Assembly (NCBI RefSeq): GCF_002854065.1
Contig: NZ_CP024147.1
From: Escherichia coli
GTDB taxonomy: Bacteria > Pseudomonadota > Gammaproteobacteria > Enterobacterales > Enterobacteriaceae
Strand: one strand, 5' to 3'
Length of the DNA stretch: 64,000 nucleotides
The translations under genes were made by a program, and so were the position numbers. Positions 1 to 9,933 of the stretch are shown here, one piece after another; the first letter of the stretch is position 1, and each line of letters opens with the position of its first letter. The notes under the pieces are model-generated. The model was not told the origin of the DNA. It saw nothing but the letters and a program-made list of their open reading frames with translations, and made no database searches.

Positions 1-2969
1 TGTATATTGAGGTGAAGGATAATTACGGCAACGGAGTACCCCAGCAGGAGGTAACCCTCAGAGTATCACCAAGTGAAGGCGTGACCCTCAGTAATAACGC
101 TATATATACTACCAACCACGACGGCAATTTTTACGCAAGCTTTACCGCTACAAAAGCCGGGGTTTATCAAGTGACGGCAACCCTCGACAATGGCGATTCG
201 ATGCAACAAACAGTGACCTATGTGCCGAACGTCGCGAATGCTGAAATCACGCTGGCAGCCTCGAAGGATCCGGTGATTGCCGACAATAACGATCTCACGA
301 CACTAACAGCAACAGTCGCTGATACAGAGGGCAATGCGATAGCCAACACTGAGGTAACATTTACTCTGCCGGAAGATGTGAGGACGAACTTCACGCTGAG
401 CGATGGCGGTAAAGCGGTTACTGATGCCAATGGCAAAGCGAAAGTCACGCTGAAAGGTACAAAAGCAGGCGCTCATACTGTTACAGCATCGATAACTGGC
501 GGTAAGAGTGAGCAGTTGGTGGTGAACTTTACTGCGGATACGCTCACTGCGCAGGTTAATCTTAACGTTACCGAGGACAATTTTATCGCTAATAACGTCG
601 GGATGACCAGGCTGCAGGCAACAGTGACTGATGGAAACGGCAACCCGTTAGCCAATGAGGCGGTGACATTCACACTACCGGCAGATGTGAGCGCAAGCTT
701 TACTCTCGGACAAGGCGGTTCCGCCATTACTGACATCAACGGCAAGGCTGAAGTTACACTGAGCGGTACAAAATCCGGCACCTATCCCGTGACAGTTAGC
801 GTGAACAGTTACGGTGTCAGTGATACGAAGCCGGTGACTTTGATTGCCGATGCTGGTACCGCTAAACTGGCTGGTTTTACCGCATCATCGGGCTCATTTA
901 CCGCGAGCACAACCGAGGGCGCGACCCTGACGGCAAGCGTCACAGACGCTTACGGCAACCCGCTAGAAGGCATCATGGTCAATTTCCGCGGCCCCGCCAC
1001 CACGCTGAGTAACACCAGTGTCGAAACGGATGCTCAGGGTAAGGCAGAAATCCTTGTGACAAGCACCATTGCTGGAACGAAAGTAGTTACAGCTAATTTG
1101 GCAATCGCACCTACCGAAGCCGCCATTCGAATTTTAACTGTCAACGCAGATGTTGATTCTGCGACGATCACCAGTCTGGAAATGCCTGAAGGTCAGGTAA
1201 TAATCAGAGAACCCATAGCGGTTAAAGCACACGTCGACGACCAGTTTGGCAATCCAGTTGCTGACCAACTTGTGACATTCAGTGCAGAGCCGTCAAGTTT
1301 TAACATGGTCATTAGTCAGAATACGGTTTCTACGAATAGCCAGGGTATAGCTGAGGTCACCATGACGCCCGAAAGATACGGTTCGTATACTGTGAAAGCA
1401 TCCCTGGCGAATGGCTCCTCTTATGAGAAGGACCTGGTGGTAATCGATCTAAGACTAACACTCACGGCATCAAGTCAACTTATCGGCGTCAATGACCCAT
1501 CGGGAGCAACTCTGACTGTAAGGTTAACTCATGCAAACGGGGCTCCATTGAGCCATGAACTCGTTACCTTTAGCGTAACGCCCGAAGGTGCAACGTTAAG
1601 TAGCCAAACAGCGACAACCAACACTTCAGGTGAGGCACAAGTCGTTCTGACCAGCAATAAAGTCGGTACATATGCGGTGACAGCATCGATCCATAGCGGC
1701 GTAATTATTCAGACACAGACAACCGTGAAGGTTACTGGCAACCCAAGCACCGCACATGTTGCTAGTTTTATCGCTGATCCGTCGACTATCACGGCCAACA
1801 ATAGTGATATCAGCACGCTAAAGGCTACTGTTGAGGATGGCAGTGGTAACCTGGTCGAAGGGGTCAATGTAAACTTCGTCTTAAAAAGCGGCTCTGCCAC
1901 ATTGACGTCATTAACAGCGGTGACCGATCAAAACGGACTCGCGACAACGAGCGTTAGAGGAGCTATGACGGGGAGCGTCGCGGTAAGCGCAGAAACGAGC
2001 TATGGTGGAGCGCAAACAGTAGATATAACGCTGGTGGCAGGCCCGGCAGACGCTTCGCTGTCCGTCCTTAAGAACAACCGGTCATCACTGAAGGGGGACT
2101 TTACCGAAAGTGCTGAACTACATCTTGTTCTGCACGATCTATCAGGCCATCCGATCAATGTTTCTGAAGGGATGGAATTTGTGCAATCAGGTACCAACGT
2201 GCCCTATGTGCAAGTTAGTGCAATTGACTACAGCAAAAATTTCTCCGGCGAGTACAAAGCCACTGTTACAGGCGGCGGAGAGGGTATCGCAACGCTGATC
2301 CCCGTGTTGAATGGTGTTCACCAGGCAGGTCTGAATACCACGATAGAATTCATTAGCGCGGAAGCCAGACCAATGACCGGTACAGTGTCAGTCAATGGTG
2401 CGACCCTACCGGCAGCTTCATTCCCTTCGCAGGGATTTACCGGGGCGTATTATCAGTTGAATAATGACAACTTTGCACCAGGAAAAACGGCGGCTGATTA
2501 TGCGTTTTCAAGCACTGCCTCCTGGGTTGATGTTGATACTTCCGGTAAGGTGACATTCAAAAATGTCGGAGATAGAAATGCTGTAATAATCACGGCGACC
2601 CCAAGATCAGGTGGCGCTATTTACCAAACGCAAGTACGGGTGAAGGGCTGGTGGGTGAATCACGGTAATAACCTCATGCAATTAAGCCAGGCTGAAAACT
2701 ACTGCAGCAACCAGGTCGGTAATGGCTACAACCTTCCCCGCGCGGACCTTTTAAGCAATGGACACATGCGGCGCGAAATAGGGTCACTGTATGGTGAATG
2801 GGGAGATATGGGAAATTACATGAACGAAGCTGATTTTTATTCAATGGTATATTGGTCATCTAATTCTGCAGGCGCAGGCCAACAATACATTGTCTCCCTG
2901 GAAACAGGGACGCAAAACACTTATCAAACGCATGAATTTTTTTATGGGGCGTGTTATAAACAGATTTAA
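1..2969 (+). CDS. yeeJ: Large Ig-like (Big_1 repeat) adhesin, C-terminal ~985 aa; gene begins upstream of window
   Basis: Open frame runs from window start; tandem ~100-aa Ig-like repeats (motifs like VTATLDNG, TDANGKAKVTL); synteny with shiA/amn. The M at 12 is internal, not the start. Confidence 0.8.
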   Translation, partial: YIEVKDNYGNGVPQQEVTLRVSPSEGVTLSNNAIYTTNHDGNFYASFTATKAGVYQVTATLDNGDSMQQTVTYVPNVANAEITLAASKDPVIADNNDLTTLTATVADTEGNAIANTEVTFTLPEDVRTNFTLSDGGKAVTDANGKAKVTLKGTKAGAHTVTASITGGKSEQLVVNFTADTLTAQVNLNVTEDNFIANNVGMTRLQATVTDGNGNPLANEAVTFTLPADVSASFTLGQGGSAITDINGKAEVTLSGTKSGTYPVTVSVNSYGVSDTKPVTLIADAGTAKLAGFTASSGSFTASTTEGATLTASVTDAYGNPLEGIMVNFRGPATTLSNTSVETDAQGKAEILVTSTIAGTKVVTANLAIAPTEAAIRILTVNADVDSATITSLEMPEGQVIIREPIAVKAHVDDQFGNPVADQLVTFSAEPSSFNMVISQNTVSTNSQGIAEVTMTPERYGSYTVKASLANGSSYEKDLVVIDLRLTLTASSQLIGVNDPSGATLTVRLTHANGAPLSHELVTFSVTPEGATLSSQTATTNTSGEAQVVLTSNKVGTYAVTASIHSGVIIQTQTTVKVTGNPSTAHVASFIADPSTITANNSDISTLKATVEDGSGNLVEGVNVNFVLKSGSATLTSLTAVTDQNGLATTSVRGAMTGSVAVSAETSYGGAQTVDITLVAGPADASLSVLKNNRSSLKGDFTESAELHLVLHDLSGHPINVSEGMEFVQSGTNVPYVQVSAIDYSKNFSGEYKATVTGGGEGIATLIPVLNGVHQAGLNTTIEFISAEARPMTGTVSVNGATLPAASFPSQGFTGAYYQLNNDNFAPGKTAADYAFSSTASWVDVDTSGKVTFKNVGDRNAVIITATPRSGGAIYQTQVRVKGWWVNHGNNLMQLSQAENYCSNQVGNGYNLPRADLLSNGHMRREIGSLYGEWGDMGNYMNEADFYSMVYWSSNSAGAGQQYIVSLETGTQNTYQTHEFFYGACYKQI

Positions 2970-2989
2970 TTTTTCGTTATAATTTCTTA

Positions 2990-3023
2990 AAGAGTGCTCC
3001 ATTCGGGGCACTCTTTTTTACAT
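2990..3023 (+). terminator. Rho-independent terminator after yeeJ
   Basis: Inverted repeat agagtgctcc...ggggcactct followed by a T-run, just after the yeeJ stop codon. Confidence 0.55.
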
Positions 3024-3230
3024 TCCCTCTATAGAGCTTGCTCTTCTCTCACCGAAAATGAATAAATAAAAATGCGATACCGCCAGATTCGCGTTCGGTG
3101 TGACTATGATCGTATCCGGTGAGTACAGCTTTGATCCAAAGGCTGGTTTTCTGTGATGATTGACCAGCCTCAGAGTATTGATGACACCACCGTTCATAAC
3201 AGATCGGCATTACTATGCATAAGTACTGTC

Positions 3231-4283
3231 TCATATTCTCGCCAAAACACTTTTTAATGCCTTTGCGAATTCATCCAGACTTATATTGTCAATTTTTTGC
3301 CCAACGACGACTGACTCCGAAACATCGGCCATTGCGGGCCATCGCGTTTTGTAATCAGCATAAATTGCAACAACGGGGGTATTATAGGCACTTGCCATAT
3401 GTAATATTGAGGTGTCAGGAGTTATTGCGATATAAGCATCTTTTATGATTGCTGCTGAACGTTTAATCGAGGGTGATAAGGATAAACGGTAGACATTATT
3501 ATAACAATCCACTAATACCCTGGCTTTATCTTCCCCTTTTGGTCCATGAACGATCACTATTGGTATATCTGTTTCACTTTGAATTTTTTCTATTAGATTT
3601 TCTGCAATCGATAGTGAAAATGTACGATCCTGCGAGCTACCTTCTAAATTAAGCGCAATGTAAGATCCTAACGATCGCATTTCCTCGCGCACCTCATCGA
3701 GTACATCCTCACTTAGTGGCAATTCATATATTGGCCTGACTGCTGGAAAACCCGCCTCACGCATCATAAATGCCCATGTCATGGGTACGGGAGCCCGGAG
3801 ATTCTGATCCATCCGGGACGCGTTCTTACACACAGGGGAATAGCACTTCATGGTTAAACCAACAACCTGAAAATTCGTTTTTGCTTTCAACTGACTGATA
3901 AATAACATCGTTTTCAGGTTCTTTTTACGCATCGCCTCTATACAAAGATCCGGAGTACCGTATTGCTGTGTTATGTTCTTCGCTAAATCTTTTATTTCTT
4001 TTAATGTTGCGTGATCCTGCATAGTCATTGTGACTAATGTTAATTTAGTCTGTTCAAGTTTGAGCGCATTAAAGACTTCTAAATTAATTATCGACGTAAC
4101 AATTAGTAGATGCTTAATTTTATGCAATTCAAGCGCCCGAATAACAGGAAAGATGGCCATAGCATCGCCAATCTGATCGGGAATATGGATGACAACAAAG
4201 TCTGTTTTTTCAATATTGAAATTATAAGCTTTATAATCGTAGTAACTAAATGCAATACGTCTCAACAATGATACTAAAAACAT
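3231..4283 (-). CDS. yeeL: Glycosyltransferase family 9 (heptosyltransferase-like), apparently intact
   Basis: 371-aa ORF; start placed at internal ATG (4283) with GAGG-type RBS upstream; GT9-like C-terminal region; position between yeeJ and shiA. Confidence 0.65.
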   Translation of the reverse strand: MFLVSLLRRIAFSYYDYKAYNFNIEKTDFVVIHIPDQIGDAMAIFPVIRALELHKIKHLLIVTSIINLEVFNALKLEQTKLTLVTMTMQDHATLKEIKDLAKNITQQYGTPDLCIEAMRKKNLKTMLFISQLKAKTNFQVVGLTMKCYSPVCKNASRMDQNLRAPVPMTWAFMMREAGFPAVRPIYELPLSEDVLDEVREEMRSLGSYIALNLEGSSQDRTFSLSIAENLIEKIQSETDIPIVIVHGPKGEDKARVLVDCYNNVYRLSLSPSIKRSAAIIKDAYIAITPDTSILHMASAYNTPVVAIYADYKTRWPAMADVSESVVVGQKIDNISLDEFAKALKSVLARI

Positions 4284-4597
4284 AACTAACCTCGCCTCCC
4301 TACTGGTTATAATGCAATGCAGTCTATCAGAATCATCAGGGTGCAATTTTGTGCATATGCGGACTTTTATGTTTCATATCTCGAACCTGTGGGTCCTCTG
4401 CTTAATCCTTAAACAACACCAGCAACTCCCGCGCTTTCATCTTCCAGCGAATTTTTCATGTTGCCGCTAATCAGCCATAAAATCATTTGCAGATGCGCTC
4501 TGTCGAGGTAGTCTCATAAGGTTCGTTTATAGATCGACGGCAATGTGAGTTACCTTTTCCATACTAATTATAAAAAGACAGTACAAACAGGATCATT

Positions 4598-5914
4598 ATG
4601 GACTCCACGCTCATCTCCACTCGTCCCGATGAAAGGACGGTTTCGTTAAGTCGCGCCCGACGAGCTGCGTTAGGCAGTTTCGCTGGTGCCGTCGTCGACT
4701 GGTATGATTTTTTACTCTATGGCATCACCGCCGCACTGGTGTTTAATCGCGAGTTTTTCCCGCAAGTAAGCCCGGCGATGGGAACGCTCGCCGCATTTGC
4801 TACCTTTGGCGTCGGATTCCTTTTCCGTCCGCTCGGCGGTGTCATTTTCGGTCACTTTGGCGACCGACTGGGACGTAAGCGCATGTTAATGCTGACCGTC
4901 TGGATGATGGGCATCGCGACAGCCTTGATTGGTATTCTTCCTTCATTCTCGACCATTGGGTGGTGGGCACCTATTTTGCTGGTGACGCTGCGTGCCATTC
5001 AGGGATTTGCCGTCGGCGGCGAATGGGGAGGCGCGGCGTTGCTTTCCGTTGAAAGTGCACCGAAAAATAAAAAAGCCTTTTACAGTAGCGGTGTACAAGT
5101 TGGCTACGGTGTAGGTTTACTGCTTTCAACCGGACTGGTTTCATTGATCAGTATGATGACGACTGACGAACAGTTTTTAAGCTGGGGCTGGCGTATTCCT
5201 TTCCTGTTTAGCATCGTACTGGTACTGGGAGCATTGTGGGTGCGCAATGGCATGGAGGAGTCTGCGGAATTTGAACAACAGCAACATAATCAAGCGGCCG
5301 CGAAAAAACGCATCCCGGTTATCGAAGCGCTGTTACGACATCCCGGTGCTTTCCTGAAGATTATTGCGCTACGACTGTGCGAGTTGCTGACAATGTACAT
5401 CGTTACCGCGTTTGCACTTAATTATTCAACTCAGAATATGGGGTTACCGCGCGAACTTTTCCTTAATATTGGTTTGCTGGTAGGTGGATTAAGCTGCCTG
5501 ACAATTCCCTGTTTTGCCTGGCTTGCCGATCGTTTTGGTCGCCGCAGGGTTTATATCACAGGTGCGTTAATCGGAACGTTGAGCGCATTTCCTTTCTTTA
5601 TGGCGCTTGAAGCACAATCTATTTTCTGGATAGTTTTCTTCTCCATAATGCTGGCAAACATTGCGCATGACATGGTGGTGTGTGTGCAACAACCGATGTT
5701 TACCGAAATGTTTGGTGCCAGTTATCGCTATAGTGGCGCTGGAGTCGGTTATCAGGTTGCCAGTGTGGTTGGTGGTGGATTTACACCTTTTATTGCCGCT
5801 GCACTCATCACTTACTTTGCCGGGAACTGGCATAGCGTCGCCATTTATTTGCTGGCTGGATGCCTGATTTCCGCAATAACCGCTTTGTTGATGAAAGACA
5901 ATCAACGCGCTTGA
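4598..5914 (+). CDS. shiA: Shikimate transporter (MFS)
   Basis: 438-aa ORF with MFS sugar-transporter signature (GDRLGRKR), recognised as ShiA. Confidence 0.9.
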   Translation: MDSTLISTRPDERTVSLSRARRAALGSFAGAVVDWYDFLLYGITAALVFNREFFPQVSPAMGTLAAFATFGVGFLFRPLGGVIFGHFGDRLGRKRMLMLTVWMMGIATALIGILPSFSTIGWWAPILLVTLRAIQGFAVGGEWGGAALLSVESAPKNKKAFYSSGVQVGYGVGLLLSTGLVSLISMMTTDEQFLSWGWRIPFLFSIVLVLGALWVRNGMEESAEFEQQQHNQAAAKKRIPVIEALLRHPGAFLKIIALRLCELLTMYIVTAFALNYSTQNMGLPRELFLNIGLLVGGLSCLTIPCFAWLADRFGRRRVYITGALIGTLSAFPFFMALEAQSIFWIVFFSIMLANIAHDMVVCVQQPMFTEMFGASYRYSGAGVGYQVASVVGGGFTPFIAAALITYFAGNWHSVAIYLLAGCLISAITALLMKDNQRA

Positions 5915-6015
5915 TAGTCTGGCGAAGATCATCCGATCTTCGCCTTGCACTTTTGTTTCACATTTCTGTGACATACTATCGGATGTGCGGTAATTGTATG
6001 GAACAGGAGACACAC

Positions 6016-7470
6016 ATGAATAATAAGGGCTCCGGTCTGACCCCAGCTCAGGCACTGGATAAACTCGACGCGCTGTATGAGCAATCTGTAGTCGCATTAC
6101 GCAACGCCATTGGCAACTATATTACAAGTGGCGAATTACCTGATGAAAACGCCCGCAAACAAGGTCTTTTTGTCTATCCATCTCTGACCGTAACCTGGGA
6201 CGGTAGCACAACCAATCCCCCTAAAACGCGCGCATTTGGTCGTTTTACTCACGCAGGCAGCTACACCACCACGATTACTCGCCCTACTCTCTTTCGTTCG
6301 TATCTCAATGAACAACTTACGTTGCTGTATCAGGATTATGGTGCGCATATCTCGGTGCAACCCTCGCAGCATGAAATCCCTTATCCTTATGTCATCGATG
6401 GCTCTGAATTGACACTTGATCGCTCAATGAGCGCTGGGTTAACTCGCTACTTCCCGACAACAGAACTGGCGCAAATTGGCGATGAAACTGCAGACGGCAT
6501 TTATCATCCAACTGAATTCTCCCCGCTATCGCATTTTGATGCGCGCCGCGTCGATTTTTCCCTCGCACGGTTGCGCCATTATACCGGTACGCCAGTTGAA
6601 CATTTTCAGCCGTTCGTCTTGTTTACCAACTACACACGTTATGTGGATGAATTCGTTCGTTGGGGATGCAGCCAGATCCTCGATCCTGATAGTCCCTACA
6701 TTGCCCTTTCTTGTGCTGGCGGGAACTGGATCACCGCCGAAACCGAAGCGCCAGAAGAAGCCATTTCCGACCTTGCATGGAAAAAACACCAGATGCCAGC
6801 ATGGCATTTAATTACCGCCGATGGTCAGGGTATTACTCTGGTGAATATTGGCGTGGGACCGTCAAATGCTAAAACCATCTGCGATCATCTGGCAGTGCTA
6901 CGCCCGGATGTCTGGTTGATGATTGGTCACTGTGGCGGATTACGTGAAAGTCAGGCCATTGGCGATTATGTACTTGCACACGCTTATTTACGCGATGACC
7001 ACGTTCTTGATGCGGTTCTGCCGCCCGATATTCCTATTCCGAGCATTGCTGAAGTGCAACGTGCGCTTTATGACGCCACCAAGCTGGTGAGCGGCAGGCC
7101 CGGTGAGGAAGTTAAACAGCGGCTACGTACTGGCACTGTAGTAACCACTGATGACAGGAACTGGGAATTACGTTACTCAGCTTCTGCACTTCGTTTTAAC
7201 TTAAGCCGGGCCGTAGCAATTGATATGGAAAGTGCAACCATTGCCGCGCAAGGATATCGTTTCCGCGTGCCATACGGGACACTACTGTGTGTTTCAGATA
7301 AACCGTTGCATGGCGAGATTAAACTTCCCGGCCAGGCTAACCGTTTTTATGAAGGTGCTATTTCCGAACACCTGCAAATTGGCATTAGGGCGATCGATTT
7401 GCTGCGCGCAGAAGGCGACCGACTGCATTCACGTAAATTACGAACCTTTAATGAGCCGCCGTTCCGATAA
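6016..7470 (+). CDS. amn: AMP nucleosidase
   Basis: Start at internal ATG 6016 (MNNKGSGLTPAQALDKL...), giving 484 aa; the upstream part of the 5860 ORF is read-through. Confidence 0.9.
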   Translation: MNNKGSGLTPAQALDKLDALYEQSVVALRNAIGNYITSGELPDENARKQGLFVYPSLTVTWDGSTTNPPKTRAFGRFTHAGSYTTTITRPTLFRSYLNEQLTLLYQDYGAHISVQPSQHEIPYPYVIDGSELTLDRSMSAGLTRYFPTTELAQIGDETADGIYHPTEFSPLSHFDARRVDFSLARLRHYTGTPVEHFQPFVLFTNYTRYVDEFVRWGCSQILDPDSPYIALSCAGGNWITAETEAPEEAISDLAWKKHQMPAWHLITADGQGITLVNIGVGPSNAKTICDHLAVLRPDVWLMIGHCGGLRESQAIGDYVLAHAYLRDDHVLDAVLPPDIPIPSIAEVQRALYDATKLVSGRPGEEVKQRLRTGTVVTTDDRNWELRYSASALRFNLSRAVAIDMESATIAAQGYRFRVPYGTLLCVSDKPLHGEIKLPGQANRFYEGAISEHLQIGIRAIDLLRAEGDRLHSRKLRTFNEPPFR

Positions 7471-7531
7471 TAAGTTCTGAACCTTCTTATCAAAAATAGA
7501 TGTGAAGGATTAAGTAAGACATCTGGCAAAT

Positions 7532-7560
7532 AGCCCGCAATAAACGCGGGCTGTTTGCTT
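7532..7560 (+). terminator. Terminator after amn
   Basis: Hairpin agcccgc-aataaac-gcgggct followed by a T-rich stretch. Confidence 0.55.
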
Positions 7561-7812
7561 CCTTGGGCGGATACGAGTTTTATTATCGTCTTAATGATTT
7601 CCACATATTAAAAGCAAGTATGCTTTCAAAACACAATTATAAAAAATCCCACCAACAATATAAGTTTTTATAAAATTAAATATAAGATTATGACTTTAGA
7701 ATATTTTTATTTCTAATAGACGAGATTTTTCCTGTTATGATATAATATGCCGAATTAACACATGTTAACGATTTACCAGTAATGTAAATAAATTTTCGAG
7801 GAGATCATTCCA

Positions 7813-8529
7813 GTGGGACGTAAATGGGCCAATATTGTTGCTAAAAAAACGGCTAAAGACGGTGCAACGTCTAAAATTTATGCAAAATTCGGTGTAGAAA
7901 TCTATGCTGCTGCTAAACAAGGTGAACCCGATCCAGAATTAAACACATCTTTAAAATTCGTTATTGAACGTGCAAAACAGGCACAAGTTCCAAAGCACGT
8001 TATTGATAAAGCAATTGATAAAGCCAAAGGCGGCGGAGATGAAACATTCGTGCAGGGCCGTTATGAAGGCTTTGGCCCTAATGGCTCAATGATTATCGCC
8101 GAGACATTGACTTCAAATGTTAACCGTACGATTGCTAACGTTCGCACAATTTTCAATAAAAAAGGCGGCAATATCGGAGCGGCAGGTTCTGTCAGCTATA
8201 TGTTTGACAATACGGGTGTGATTGTATTTAAAGGATCAGACCCTGACCATATTTTTGAAATTTTACTTGAAGCTGAAGTTGATGTTCGTGATGTGACTGA
8301 AGAAGAAGGTAACATTGTTATTTATACTGAACCTACTGACCTTCATAAAGGAATCGCGGCTCTAAAAGCAGCTGGAATCACTGAGTTCTCAACAACAGAA
8401 TTAGAAATGATTGCTCAATCTGAAGTTGAGCTTTCCCCAGAAGATTTAGAAATCTTTGAAGGGCTTGTTGATGCCCTTGAAGATGACGACGATGTACAAA
8501 AAGTTTATCATAACGTCGCAAATCTCTAA
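7813..8529 (+). CDS. yeeN: YebC/PmpR-family transcriptional regulator
   Basis: 238-aa ORF starting [12 protein letters not shown] from GTG at 7813; GAGGAG RBS upstream. Confidence 0.85.
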   Translation: MGRKWANIVAKKTAKDGATSKIYAKFGVEIYAAAKQGEPDPELNTSLKFVIERAKQAQVPKHVIDKAIDKAKGGGDETFVQGRYEGFGPNGSMIIAETLTSNVNRTIANVRTIFNKKGGNIGAAGSVSYMFDNTGVIVFKGSDPDHIFEILLEAEVDVRDVTEEEGNIVIYTEPTDLHKGIAALKAAGITEFSTTELEMIAQSEVELSPEDLEIFEGLVDALEDDDDVQKVYHNVANL

Positions 8530-8538
8530 TTATATTTT

Positions 8539-8575
8539 AAAGAAATCTGTCTTTATGGCAGATTTCTTTAATCTC
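8539..8575 (+). terminator. Terminator after yeeN
   Basis: Inverted repeat aaagaaatctg / cagatttcttt with T-rich tail. Confidence 0.55.
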
Positions 8576-8649
8576 ATATAATCCTTATAAAAAATATAAT
8601 GTTTAACTCGTCATATTGCTTATAAAAAATCCCCGGTAATGACTCCAAC

Positions 8650-9153
8650 TTATTGATAGTGTTTTATGTTCAGATAATGCCCGATGACTTTGTCATGCAG
8701 CTCCACCGATTTTGAGAACGACAGCGACTTCCGTCCCAGCCGTGCCAGGTGCTGCCTCAGATTCAGGTTATGCCGCTCAATTCGCTGCGTATATCGCTTG
8801 CTGATTACGTGCAGCTTTCCCTTCAGGCGGGATTCATACAGCGGCCAGCCATCCGTCATCCATATCACCACGTCAAAGGGTGACAGCAGGCTCATAAGAC
8901 GCCCCAGCGTCGCCATAGTGCGTTCACCGAATACGTGCGCAACAACCGTCTTCCGGAGCCTGTCATACGCGTAAAACAGCCAGCGCTGGCGCGATTTAGC
9001 CCCGACGTATCCCCACTGTTCGTCCATTTCCGCGCAGACGATGACGTCACTGCCCGGCTGTATGCGCGAGGTTACCGACTGCGGCCTGAGTTTTTTAAAT
9101 GGCGGAAAATCGTGTTGAGGCCAACGCCCATAATGCGGGCGGTTGCCCGGCAT
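8650..9153 (-). CDS. insB: IS1 transposase InsB
   Basis: 167-aa [19 protein letters not shown]... Confidence 0.9.
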   Translation of the reverse strand: MPGNRPHYGRWPQHDFPPFKKLRPQSVTSRIQPGSDVIVCAEMDEQWGYVGAKSRQRWLFYAYDRLRKTVVAHVFGERTMATLGRLMSLLSPFDVVIWMTDGWPLYESRLKGKLHVISKRYTQRIERHNLNLRQHLARLGRKSLSFSKSVELHDKVIGHYLNIKHYQ

Positions 9154-9347
9154 CCAACGCCATTCATGGCCATATCAATGATTTTCTGGTGCGTACCGGG
9201 TTGAGAAGCGGTGTAAGTGAACTGCAGTTGCCATGTTTTACGGCAGTGAGAGCAGAGATAGCGCTGATGTCCGGCAGTGCTTTTGCCGTTACGCACCACC
9301 CCGTCAGTAGCTGAACAGGAGGGACAGCTGATAGAAACAGAAGCCAC
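9072..9347 (-). CDS. insA: IS1 InsA
   Basis: 91-aa [21 protein letters not shown]...; A6C frameshift motif before insB. Confidence 0.9.
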   Translation of the reverse strand: MASVSISCPSCSATDGVVRNGKSTAGHQRYLCSHCRKTWQLQFTYTASQPGTHQKIIDMAMNGVGCRATARIMGVGLNTIFRHLKNSGRSR

Positions 9348-9660
9348 TGGAGCACCTCAAAAACACCATCATACACTAAATCAGTAAGTTGGCAGCATCA
9401 CCAAAATCCCCGTTCTCAGAGAAATAATATTTATTAAAATGGCAGGTCTTCTTTTTCTGATTACCGAAGACAAAGTGGCAATTACGTATAGTTTCCCGAT
9501 AAAGACACGACAGCAACATCCCGCATAAGGCATTGTTCTCTTTATCTTTGTACGGTACTTCATGGAACAGAGATTTTGACCTTGCGAATCGTGATGTCTG
9601 TTGGGGGCAATTTGCTCACTGAAGCGTGAGACTCGATTAAACGCACGAAACACAGAAATC

Positions 9661-9700
9661 AAAAAACCCGGCCACTTTTTTACAAAGTGACCGGGTAAAA
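9661..9700 (-). terminator. Terminator downstream of tRNA-Asn (minus strand)
   Basis: Near-perfect hairpin cccggccactt...aagtgaccggg flanked by A/T runs. Confidence 0.5.
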
Positions 9701-9757
9701 ATAATTTTTATTTTTTAACTGCCTTGAGACTCATAGAGATGTCTCAAAACTAAAATT

Positions 9758-9833
9758 TGGCTCCTCTGACTGGACTCGAACCAGTGACATACGGATTAAC
9801 AGTCCGCCGTTCTACCGACTGAACTACAGAGGA
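9758..9833 (-). tRNA. asnW: tRNA-Asn (GUU)
   Basis: Reverse complement of TCCTCTGTAGTTCAGTCGGTAGAACGGCGGACTGTTAATCCG...GGAGCCA; anticodon loop CUGUUAA; name by synteny. Confidence 0.9.
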
Positions 9834-9933
9834 ATCGTGAGAACGAGGCGAATATTAGCGATGCCCACCCACAATGTCAAAGCCTGTTTTTTAAATTTGA
9901 AATCGTTTGCTGAAATAATCTGCATTTTGTCGT

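Larger units (their letters stand above)
8635..9402 (-). mobile_element. IS1: IS1 copy 1 (768 bp) with 9-bp target site duplication aaaatcccc
   Basis: Terminal inverted repeats ggtaatgactcc...ggcagcatcacc; insA/insB ORFs; identical 9-mer at 8626-8634 and 9403-9411. Confidence 0.95.

Noticed and set aside
5860-6015. Upstream extension of amn ORF from ATG 5860
   Set aside because: Overlaps the shiA 3' end; the conserved Amn N-terminus begins at ATG 6016.
9381-9662. 93-aa ORF between IS1 and tRNA-Asn
   Set aside because: No RBS or recognisable domain; lies in an intergenic/terminator region.
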